From a virus, in IMG/VR virus record IMGVR_UViG_3300019487_000011, positions 1 through 42,356 of that record: DNA of 42,356 nt. One strand, given 5' to 3'. The notes under the pieces are model-generated. The model searched no databases. It worked only from the letters and a program-made list of their open reading frames with translations, and was not told where the DNA came from. Of the stretch, positions 16,019 through 21,052 are shown piece by piece. The first letter of the stretch is position 1. Each line of letters opens with the position of its first letter. A program made the position numbers and the translations under genes.

Positions 16019-16194
16019 GGATTGACCGGATTCCGGCCATCCTTTGCCTGTATGACGCCCACGTACCGACCGGATTCCTTTGCCTCCGGGAGCTAAAGAC
16101 CCCCGGGGAAGTCCTAGAGGCGTTTAACGCCCGGGAAGTGGGACATTTCGTCGTAGATCACGAAAAGATCGACGCGCACCGCATGGAGCCTTAA
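15658..16194 (+). CDS. ParB/Srx-like nuclease-domain protein
   Basis: LRASIAEVGVKVPILVW..GK.WLRYGASRVHACEWLGIDRIPAI fits the ParB N-terminal domain pattern (PI.V ... G..R..A ... G...IPA). The true start is uncertain. Confidence 0.6.
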   Translation: MGQDATGEGEGPLDGTGGPLWTGHYGSLRISALEPFCIIDRCAAEVGVLEFRVRGDGTRSAGLRPRAIDPGILANRASFFTGLRASIAEVGVKVPILVWGIKGKLWLRYGASRVHACEWLGIDRIPAILCLYDAHVPTGFLCLRELKTPGEVLEAFNAREVGHFVVDHEKIDAHRMEP

Positions 16195-16200
16195 GGGGGC

Positions 16201-16229
16201 TTGACAAAGCCCGGTTCGTGTAGTATACT
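16201..16229 (+). promoter_or_regulatory. Near-consensus promoter P3 (TTGACA-N17-TATACT) upstream of the tRNA array
   Basis: It lies immediately after the ParB-like stop. It is the last recognisable promoter before the tRNA array and late genes. Confidence 0.7.
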
Positions 16230-16544
16230 GGCTCCATGATCTGGTTAATCGTTCTTTGCGGCATCGTCTGGCTCGGTCTCCGAGAGGCGGTGAACCTGAC
16301 TTAGGTCCGGGTGGAGCGGCGGCCCCGGGTCCTTTGAGTTGGCCCGGCCACGGTCCGTCCTCCCCTCCCGGCTGGGTACAACCGGCCCCCGGGGCTCCCC
16401 CGTGGGGCCGCCTATTCTGGGCTTGTGCGGAAGGCCGCATGGCTCCCTTGCGCGGAAAAGAGGACCTATAGGGGCCCCTATGATCTAGCCGTACGCCGCG
16501 ACCGATATTTAAAATACGGGACCTAATAGGTCCACCAATTCTAC

Positions 16545-16615
16545 GCCACTGACGCTGCGGAGCGTCCCGGTCTCCAAAACCGACAGATGGGGTTCGACTC
16601 CCTACAGTGGTGCCA
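16545..16615 (+). tRNA. tRNA-Trp (CCA)
   Basis: Acceptor GCCACTG/CAGTGGT. Anticodon loop CTCCAAA (CCA at 16574-16576). T-arm TGGGG-TTCGACT-CCCTA. Encoded CCA. Very short D-arm with loop GCGG. Confidence 0.6.
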
Positions 16616-16657
16616 AACGTCAGCCGCTAGAGACGTACCCGAAAGGGCCTTGCAACT

Positions 16658-16742
16658 AGCGGACCTATATTGCGGTCGGTCCAGTGACCGACAGGGGCTC
16701 ATAACCCCAGTTAGCCGGGAGCGTCACCCGGGGCCGCTACCA
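16658..16742 (+). tRNA. Aberrant tRNA-like element with CAU anticodon loop (Met/fMet/Ile2-type?)
   Basis: Acceptor AGCGGAC/GGCCGCT (6 of 7 pairs). Anticodon arm GGGG-CTCATAA-CCCC (CAT at 16700-16702). T-arm CCGGG-AGCGTCA-CCCGG. A73 plus CCA. There are 10 nt instead of 2 between the acceptor and a 5-bp D-stem. Confidence 0.3.
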
Positions 16743-16749
16743 AGTTTAT

Positions 16750-16822
16750 GCGGATACGCACAAGGCGTGTCGTCCGCCTTCTAAGCGGTGCAGTAGGGGT
16801 TCGATTCCCCTTATCCGCTCCA
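16750..16822 (+). tRNA. tRNA-Arg (TCT), copy 1
   Basis: Acceptor GCGGATA/TATCCGC. Loop CTTCTAA (TCT at 16780-16782). T-arm AGGGG-TTCGATT-CCCCT. Encoded CCA. Confidence 0.7.
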
Positions 16823-16825
16823 ATT

Positions 16826-16896
16826 CTCCCGAGCGCCGAGCGCACGGACCGCTTCTAACGGTCTGGGGCTAGGTTAGATTCCTAGGCGGGAGGCCA
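16826..16896 (+). tRNA. tRNA-Arg (TCT), copy 2
   Basis: Acceptor CTCCCGA/GCGGGAG. Anticodon stem GACCG/CGGTC with loop CTTCTAA (TCT at 16854-16856). T-arm CTAGG-TTAGATT-CCTAG. Minimal D-arm. Encoded CCA. Confidence 0.55.
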
Positions 16897-16900
16897 AAAT

Positions 16901-16976
16901 CGCCGTGGCCCGAGGGACTTCGGGGCACAGTTTACGAAGCTGTAGCGCGTAGGCTCGACTCCTACCACGGTGGCCA
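16901..16976 (+). tRNA. tRNA-Arg (ACG)
   Basis: Acceptor CGCCGTG/CACGGTG. D-arm CCGA-GGGACT-TCGG. Loop TTACGAA (ACG at 16934-16936). T-arm GTAGG-CTCGACT-CCTAC. Encoded CCA. Confidence 0.7.
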
Positions 16977-16977
16977 A

Positions 16978-17052
16978 GCCCTTGTAACCTTAGTGGCAGA
17001 GGCTCTGTCTTGTAAACAGAGTGCCGGGGTTCGATTCCTCGCGGGGGCTCCA
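16978..17052 (+). tRNA. tRNA-Thr (TGT)
   Basis: Acceptor GCCCTTG/CGGGGGC. D-loop TAGTGGCAG. Anticodon stem TCTGT/ACAGA with loop CTTGTAA (TGT at 17011-17013). T-loop TTCGATT. Encoded CCA. Confidence 0.8.
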
Positions 17053-17056
17053 ATTC

Positions 17057-17131
17057 GCGTTCATAGCTGAGACGGATTAGCGAGGGTCTGAAAAGCCCTA
17101 GAGCGTGGTTCGATACCACGGGAACGCACCA
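17057..17131 (+). tRNA. tRNA-Phe (GAA)
   Basis: Acceptor GCGTTCA/GGAACGC. TA plus D-arm GCTG..AGC with GG. Loop CTGAAAA (GAA at 17090-17092). T-arm CGTGG-TTCGATA-CCACG. Encoded CCA. Confidence 0.85.
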
Positions 17132-17136
17132 ACTAC

Positions 17137-17213
17137 GCCTCCGGGCGCGTCTGGTAGACGTGAACGGACTGTCGATCCGATGTAGGAGGGTTCGATTCCC
17201 TTCGGAGGCGCCA
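17137..17213 (+). tRNA. tRNA-Asp (GTC)
   Basis: Acceptor GCCTCCG/CGGAGGC, perfect. D-loop CTGGTAG. Loop CTGTCGA (GTC at 17171-17173). T-loop TTCGATT. Encoded CCA. Confidence 0.8.
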
Positions 17214-17218
17214 AATTT

Positions 17219-17291
17219 GCCCGGTGTCCCTAGTGGGCAGGAAGCTCTTACAAAGCATCCGTGCAGGGAGCGTAACCTTGACTGGGTACCA
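17219..17291 (+). tRNA. tRNA-Val (TAC), non-canonical T-loop
   Basis: Acceptor GCCCGGT/ACTGGGT. Loop CTTACAA (TAC at 17249-17251). T-arm CAGGG-AGCGTAA-CCTTG, with no TTC. D-arm CCC-TAGT-GGG. Encoded CCA. Confidence 0.5.
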
Positions 17292-17295
17292 GACA

Positions 17296-17374
17296 GTGGT
17301 GTGGTAAGGCGATATAGCTGAGCCGTGCGGTTGTGACCCGCAGATACAGGGTGCAAGTCCCTGACCTCACCCCA
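17296..17374 (+). tRNA. tRNA-His (GTG)
   Basis: Anticodon arm TGCGG-TTGTGAC-CCGCA (GTG at 17333-17335). T-arm CAGGG-TGCAAGT-CCCTG. C73 plus CCA. Acceptor has one mismatch. The D-region is unusually long. Confidence 0.55.
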
Positions 17375-17379
17375 AATAC

Positions 17380-17454
17380 GCATCGCTGGTGTCAAAGCAG
17401 CATGACCGGCTCTTACCCGGTACGGTGTAGGTCCAAGTCCTACGCGATGCACCA
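17380..17454 (+). tRNA. tRNA-Lys (CTT)
   Basis: Acceptor GCATCGC/GCGATGC, perfect. Arm ACCGG-CTCTTAC-CCGGT (CTT at 17412-17414). T-arm GTAGG-TCCAAGT-CCTAC. D-loop lacks GG. Encoded CCA. Confidence 0.65.
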
Positions 17455-17455
17455 A

Positions 17456-17529
17456 CACTAGATGACCGAGCGGCTAGGCCGCGCCCTGCAAAGGCGCGTA
17501 CCCGGGTTCGAATCCCGGTCTAGTGTCCA
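17456..17529 (+). tRNA. tRNA-Cys (GCA)
   Basis: Acceptor CACTAGA/TCTAGTG, perfect. Arm GCGCC-CTGCAAA-GGCGC (GCA at 17488-17490). T-arm CCGGG-TTCGAAT-CCCGG. Encoded CCA. Confidence 0.85.
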
Positions 17530-17534
17530 ATACG

Positions 17535-17567
17535 GCTTCGCCGTCTCAGACGCGAAGCGTCTTTTAT
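17535..17567 (+). terminator. Terminator-like hairpin + U-tract inside the tRNA array
   Basis: GCTTCGC(C)GTC-TCA-GACGCGAAGC forms 7+3 bp with one bulge, followed by GTCTTTTAT. It lies in the only long spacer (38 nt) of the array. Confidence 0.45.
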
Positions 17568-17644
17568 GCCCCGCTGACGGAATTGGCATACGTACCTGTC
17601 TTAGAAACAGGGTTTTCCGAGTTCGACTCTCGGGTGGGGTACCA
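17568..17644 (+). tRNA. tRNA-Leu (TAG) with short variable region
   Basis: Acceptor GCCCCGC/GTGGGGT. D-loop GAATTGGCATA. Arm CCTGT-CTTAGAA-ACAGG (TAG at 17602-17604). Only a 5-nt variable region. T-arm CCGAG-TTCGACT-CTCGG. A73 plus CCA. Confidence 0.65.
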
Positions 17645-17648
17645 ATAT

Positions 17649-17722
17649 CTCTGGCTGGCCTAATGGCTGGGCACGTGCTTTGGGAGCACGGGATAGGGGT
17701 TCGATTCCTCTGCTGGAGACCA
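17649..17722 (+). tRNA. tRNA-Pro (TGG)
   Basis: Acceptor CTCTGGC/GCTGGAG. D-arm GCCT-AATGGCT-GGGC. Arm CGTGC-TTTGGGA-GCACG (TGG at 17681-17683). T-loop TTCGATT. Encoded CCA. Confidence 0.85.
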
Positions 17723-17726
17723 ATTT

Positions 17727-17798
17727 GCGGGCGCCGCAAGGCGCGACGACACGTTGCCAACGTGACCGACTGGGATTCGAGTTCCCTCGCCCGCTCCA
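17727..17798 (+). tRNA. tRNA-Gly (GCC)
   Basis: Acceptor GCGGGCG/CGCCCGC, perfect. Loop TTGCCAA (GCC at 17756-17758) on a 4-bp stem. T-arm GGGA-TTCGAGT-TCCC. Reduced D-arm. Encoded CCA. Confidence 0.6.
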
Positions 17799-17802
17799 AT
17801 TT

Positions 17803-17879
17803 GCACCTATCGTCTACGTTAGCTAGGATGCTGGGCTTTCACTCCGGCTAACAGGGGGCAGCACCCTGTAGGTGTACCA
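17803..17879 (+). tRNA. tRNA-Glu (TTC), non-canonical T-loop
   Basis: Acceptor GCACCTA/TAGGTGT. Loop CTTTCAC (TTC at 17838-17840). T-arm CAGGG-GGCAGCA-CCCTG. D-loop lacks GG. Encoded CCA. Confidence 0.55.
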
Positions 17880-17884
17880 AGATC

Positions 17885-17968
17885 GTAGTGCTAGACCGCT
17901 ATGGAGACGGGACCGGCTGTAACCCGGTCGCTTCGGCCCTCTAGGTTCGATTCCTAGGCACTGCACCA
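17885..17968 (+). tRNA. tRNA-Tyr (GTA), class II
   Basis: Acceptor GTAGTGC/GCACTGC. Arm ACCGG-CTGTAAC-CCGGT (GTA at 17919-17921). 12-nt variable arm with a GC-TTCG-GC hairpin. T-arm CTAGG-TTCGATT-CCTAG. Encoded CCA. Confidence 0.85.
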
Positions 17969-17973
17969 ACTAT

Positions 17974-18051
17974 TCCGCTCTAGCTCTCAAGGTGAGAGCA
18001 ACTGGCTGTTAACCAGTATGGAGGGTGGTTCGATTCCACCGGGCGGAGCCA
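17974..18051 (+). tRNA. tRNA-Asn (GTT)
   Basis: Acceptor TCCGCTC/GGGCGGA. TA plus D-arm GCTC..GAGC with GG. Arm ACTGG-CTGTTAA-CCAGT (GTT at 18008-18010). T-arm GGTGG-TTCGATT-CCACC. Encoded CCA. Confidence 0.85.
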
Positions 18052-18055
18052 ATTC

Positions 18056-18133
18056 CGGGGTCTGAAGGGAACAGGCAGACCTACTTGGCTCAAACCCAAG
18101 TGTTTCCGGGTTCGACTCCCGGGGCCCCGACCA
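18056..18133 (+). tRNA. tRNA-Leu (CAA) with short variable region
   Basis: Acceptor CGGGGTC/GGCCCCG. Arm CTTGG-CTCAAAC-CCAAG (CAA at 18091-18093). 5-nt variable region. T-arm CCGGG-TTCGACT-CCCGG. A73 plus CCA. Confidence 0.6.
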
Positions 18134-18211
18134 TTAAGCTGTGGGTTGCTGGTATCCCACTCGCGCTCTGAACGCGGGACCACGTAGGTTCAAATCCTAC
18201 GCTTACCGCCA
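18133..18211 (+). tRNA. tRNA-Gln (CTG)
   Basis: D-arm TGGG-TTGCTGGTAT-CCCA. Arm TCGCG-CTCTGAA-CGCGG (CTG at 18168-18170). T-arm GTAGG-TTCAAAT-CCTAC. Encoded CCA. Acceptor pairs 1-72 and 2-71 are mismatched, and the 5' end abuts or overlaps the previous CCA. Confidence 0.7.
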
Positions 18212-18216
18212 ATTCT

Positions 18217-18308
18217 GGAAGAGCAAGCCAACTGGCGATGGCACCCGTCTTGAAAACGGACGAGCCCTAACACGGCCTTGAAGGTTCAACTCCATTCCTC
18301 TTCCGCCA
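18217..18308 (+). tRNA. tRNA-Ser (TGA), class II
   Basis: Acceptor GGAAGAG/CTCTTCC, perfect. D-arm GCC..GGC with GG. Loop CTTGAAA (TGA at 18251-18253). Long variable arm of about 20 nt. T-loop TTCAACT. Encoded CCA. Confidence 0.8.
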
Positions 18309-18314
18309 AACAAT

Positions 18315-18388
18315 GCCCGAGTCGTCCAATGACAGGACAAGCGGCCGATTACCGCTGAATGTGGGTTTGATTCCTACCTTGGGTACCA
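18315..18388 (+). tRNA. tRNA-Ile (GAT) with unusual anticodon loop
   Basis: Acceptor GCCCGAG/CTTGGGT. D-arm GTCC-AATGACA-GGAC. Arm AGCGG-CCGATTA-CCGCT (GAT at 18347-18349), with C at position 33 and T at 37. T-arm GTGGG-TTTGATT-CCTAC. Encoded CCA. Confidence 0.6.
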
Positions 18389-18392
18389 ATTT

Positions 18393-18791
18393 ATGACGGA
18401 CCACGAAGAGAAGCCTGTAATCAAGCGCGAAGGTGGACGCTTCGTCAAGGGCCAGAGCGGCAACCCTGCCGGTCGGGCCAAGGGCACGAAGAACAAGATC
18501 ACCCTCGCACGGTTGCTGCTGGAAGAGCAGCTTCGGGACGCTCTGGCTAAGAGCGGCCCTAAGCTCATGCAGCAGGCAATCAAGCAAGCCCTCAAGGGCA
18601 ATGACCGCATCATGCGGGTGTTGCTCGACAAGATGCTGACGACCCCGCGTGACGCGCAGGAGTCGGATAACCAAGACCGCGAAATTAACGTCGTGGTCCA
18701 GAATCTGGTCACCGACCAGTCGGCCAAGCCGAAGCTGATCGAGGGCGAGAAATCGGTTCGTGTTCCCGTAACCATCCCCATCAAGGACTAA
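18393..18791 (+). CDS. DUF5681-type protein (small terminase subunit candidate)
   Basis: 132 aa. The FVKGQSGNPAGRAKGTKN motif is typical of DUF5681 proteins found upstream of large terminases. The ATG lies 4 nt after the last tRNA CCA. Confidence 0.6.
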   Translation: MTDHEEKPVIKREGGRFVKGQSGNPAGRAKGTKNKITLARLLLEEQLRDALAKSGPKLMQQAIKQALKGNDRIMRVLLDKMLTTPRDAQESDNQDREINVVVQNLVTDQSAKPKLIEGEKSVRVPVTIPIKD

Positions 18792-18797
18792 CCCCCC

Positions 18798-18953
18798 ATG
18801 CCTTCAATGAAAGAGTACCAGAAGCCGGGCGGCGAAGATCAGCCTACAGTAACGTCGAAGTCTTCTGGCCTCGACTACGTGAAGGCCGCTCTGGAGCCCG
18901 CTCAGGAGAAGTCGGTTCAGCGCCGCGAAGACGCGACGAAGAACGACGACTAA
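18798..18953 (+). CDS. Hypothetical small protein (51 aa)
   Basis: This ORF is below the track cutoff, fills the gap between flanking genes, and is on the same strand. Confidence 0.4.
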   Translation: MPSMKEYQKPGGEDQPTVTSKSSGLDYVKAALEPAQEKSVQRREDATKNDD

Positions 18954-18957
18954 GCCC

Positions 18958-19143
18958 ATGCCCGACAAGAAAAAGCCCGTGAAGGACATGTCCTTCCCGT
19001 CACAGGTTGCTGAAATGGCCTCGCTGGCCATTCAGTCCGTGAACCGTAACTACGGGGGCGGAGCCCGGAAGCGTAAGCTGGATCGCCAGATGAACGAAGC
19101 CGAGCTTGGTCGCCGTCGCAAGAACCAGTCGGCTGACTGGTAA
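18958..19143 (+). CDS. Hypothetical basic small protein
   Basis: 61-aa ORF in the tightly packed late operon. Confidence 0.45.
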   Translation: MPDKKKPVKDMSFPSQVAEMASLAIQSVNRNYGGGARKRKLDRQMNEAELGRRRKNQSADW

Positions 19144-19167
19144 ACCACCACTAAGGTATCCCCTACC

Positions 19168-19371
19168 ATGTCACGTGTATCCCTAGGTCTAGCCGACACG
19201 TCAATTGCCGACTGCGTAGACGCCCTCGACGGCGCTACGTTCACCGGCAGCACCCTGACTACTTCGGCCACACCGACTGTGGACGAGCTTGAAGCTTGCG
19301 TCGGCGTTCTCGCTGGCAAGGTCAACTCCATCCTAGCGGCTCTTCGCACTATCGAAGCCCTGAAGACGTAA
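19168..19371 (+). CDS. Hypothetical protein
   Basis: 67-aa ORF, compact spacing. Confidence 0.5.
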   Translation: MSRVSLGLADTSIADCVDALDGATFTGSTLTTSATPTVDELEACVGVLAGKVNSILAALRTIEALKT

Positions 19372-19375
19372 TCTC

Positions 19376-19735
19376 ATGAGCCGTATTTCCAACTGGACGT
19401 ACGTCTCTCCTGCTGCTGTCACAGACACGGCGGACGACGTTGCCGCCGCAGCCCCGGGTGCGGGAAAGCGGAACGTTGTGCGCTCGGCCCAGATTTATAC
19501 CAACAGCGCCTCTACGGAGAGCTTGGCGGTTATCAAGTCTGGCTCGACAATTCTGTTTGAAGGCTCCCTAGGAGCCCTCGATAACGCACAGGGGCCGATT
19601 GAAGTGACCTTCGACCCGCCTCTACGCGGCGGCGAGAACGAGGCGATCAACGTCGCCAACATCACAAACTCGGCAAGCTCGTTCTTCAACCTGCAAGGTT
19701 GGGTCGAACGGGTCAACGAGCCCGCCCAGCCCTAA
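19376..19735 (+). CDS. Hypothetical protein
   Basis: 119-aa ORF just upstream of the large terminase. Confidence 0.55.
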   Translation: MSRISNWTYVSPAAVTDTADDVAAAAPGAGKRNVVRSAQIYTNSASTESLAVIKSGSTILFEGSLGALDNAQGPIEVTFDPPLRGGENEAINVANITNSASSFFNLQGWVERVNEPAQP

Positions 19736-19751
19736 GCTCTGAGGGGGGCCC

Positions 19752-21047
19752 TTGGCTGACCTGACCTTCTCCCTGCACGACGAGCAGGCGAGAATCCATA
19801 ACTCGCCTGCACGATTCAAGGTCTGCGCCGCAGGGCGTCAGTCCGGGAAAACGTTCTATGCGACCGCTTTAAGCATCATTGATACTCTGGCTGATGTATC
19901 GTGGGCTGGCGTTCCTCTGGACTCCGGTCAGGAAGTTGGGTACATTTACCCGACGTTTGAGCAAGGGAAGAAGATCGTCTGGCCCCGGATGAAGCTCGCC
20001 ATTGAGCCCATTCGTGACGCTTGCCAGATTTACGAGAACACCGGCCTGATCGTATTCCCCAACGGACGCCGTTGGCGGCTACTCGGGGCCGACAACCCGG
20101 ACGCCATCCGTGGCTTCACGTGGTCGTCGGTGGTCCTTGACGAATACAAGGACATGAGCGAAGTGGTCTGGGAGGAAATCGTCCGCCCGGCGCTCTCGGT
20201 TGTTCGTGGTAAGGCCCTGTTCATCGGTACGCCGAAGGGCAAGAACCACTTCTACGGGCTTTACCGCTACGCACAGGACCGCATGGAGGCGAGGGACCCC
20301 GAGTGGGCGGCCTTCACCTTCACGTCGGCCGACAACCCGCACATCGTACGCTCCGAGATTGCGTCCATGACGCGATCCATGTCTTCCTCGCTGATCGCGC
20401 AGGAAATCGAGGCGTCGTTCATCAGCCAGTCCGGTAAGCTCTTTAACGGCGACTCGTTCCAGATCGTGGGTACGGAGCCGGATGACGGCGACTGGGTAGT
20501 GGCGGTGGACTTGGCGGGCTTCACGAAGGCCCCTCGTCAGCAGGACTACAAGAAGCGCGACGAGACGGCCATCAGCGTCGTCAAGGTCAACGCGGACGGG
20601 TGGTGGGTCAAAGAGATTCGCCACGGCCGCTGGGAGGTCCGCGAGACCGCCCTACAGATTTTCCAAGCGTGTCGCTCTGTCGGCACGTCGCGGGTAGGCA
20701 TCGAAAAGGGGGCGCTATGCGCCGCCGTGACGCCCTACCTGACCGACCTGATGCGGAAGTACGGTCGGTGGCTAGAGATTGTTCCGCTGTCCCACGGGAA
20801 TAAAAGCAAGCCGGACCGCGTTCAATGGGCCCTACAGGGCCGTTGCGAAAAAGGCTCGGTGTGGCTGGCCCCGGGGGCGTGGAACGCCAAACTGATCGAA
20901 CAAGCCTGCGACTTTCCTGACCCACGGTCGCCGGACGACATGATCGACTCCCTCGCGTACGTGGACCAGATGGCCCGCGTTTCATACTTCGATGAGTTCG
21001 AAGGGATGAACGAGTGGAGCCCAACCGACACCTACGCAGGCTATTAA
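19752..21047 (+). CDS. Terminase large subunit
   Basis: 431 aa. Walker A is AAGRQSGKT and Walker B is VVLDEYKDM, with a C-terminal RNase H-like nuclease region. TTG start follows GAGGGGGG. Confidence 0.9.
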   Translation: MADLTFSLHDEQARIHNSPARFKVCAAGRQSGKTFYATALSIIDTLADVSWAGVPLDSGQEVGYIYPTFEQGKKIVWPRMKLAIEPIRDACQIYENTGLIVFPNGRRWRLLGADNPDAIRGFTWSSVVLDEYKDMSEVVWEEIVRPALSVVRGKALFIGTPKGKNHFYGLYRYAQDRMEARDPEWAAFTFTSADNPHIVRSEIASMTRSMSSSLIAQEIEASFISQSGKLFNGDSFQIVGTEPDDGDWVVAVDLAGFTKAPRQQDYKKRDETAISVVKVNADGWWVKEIRHGRWEVRETALQIFQACRSVGTSRVGIEKGALCAAVTPYLTDLMRKYGRWLEIVPLSHGNKSKPDRVQWALQGRCEKGSVWLAPGAWNAKLIEQACDFPDPRSPDDMIDSLAYVDQMARVSYFDEFEGMNEWSPTDTYAGY

Positions 21048-21052
21048 GGAAC

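Noticed and set aside
16236-16304. 22-aa hydrophobic ORF (MIWLIVLCGIVWLGLREAVNLT) whose ATG sits 7 nt after the P3 -10, considered as a leaderless gene
   Set aside because: It is very short, has no supporting conservation I can assess, and lies in the leader of the tRNA transcript. It is noted only as a possibility.
16874-18784. ORF-track ORFs crossing the tRNA array on both strands (16874..17458 -, 17458..17799 -, 17462..17851 +, 17980..18183 -, 18267..18674 -, 18374..18784 -)
   Set aside because: They run through back-to-back tRNA cloverleafs, or lie antisense to the DUF5681 gene. Their translations are Arg/Pro/Ser-rich and look like translated tRNA stems, and they have no RBS.
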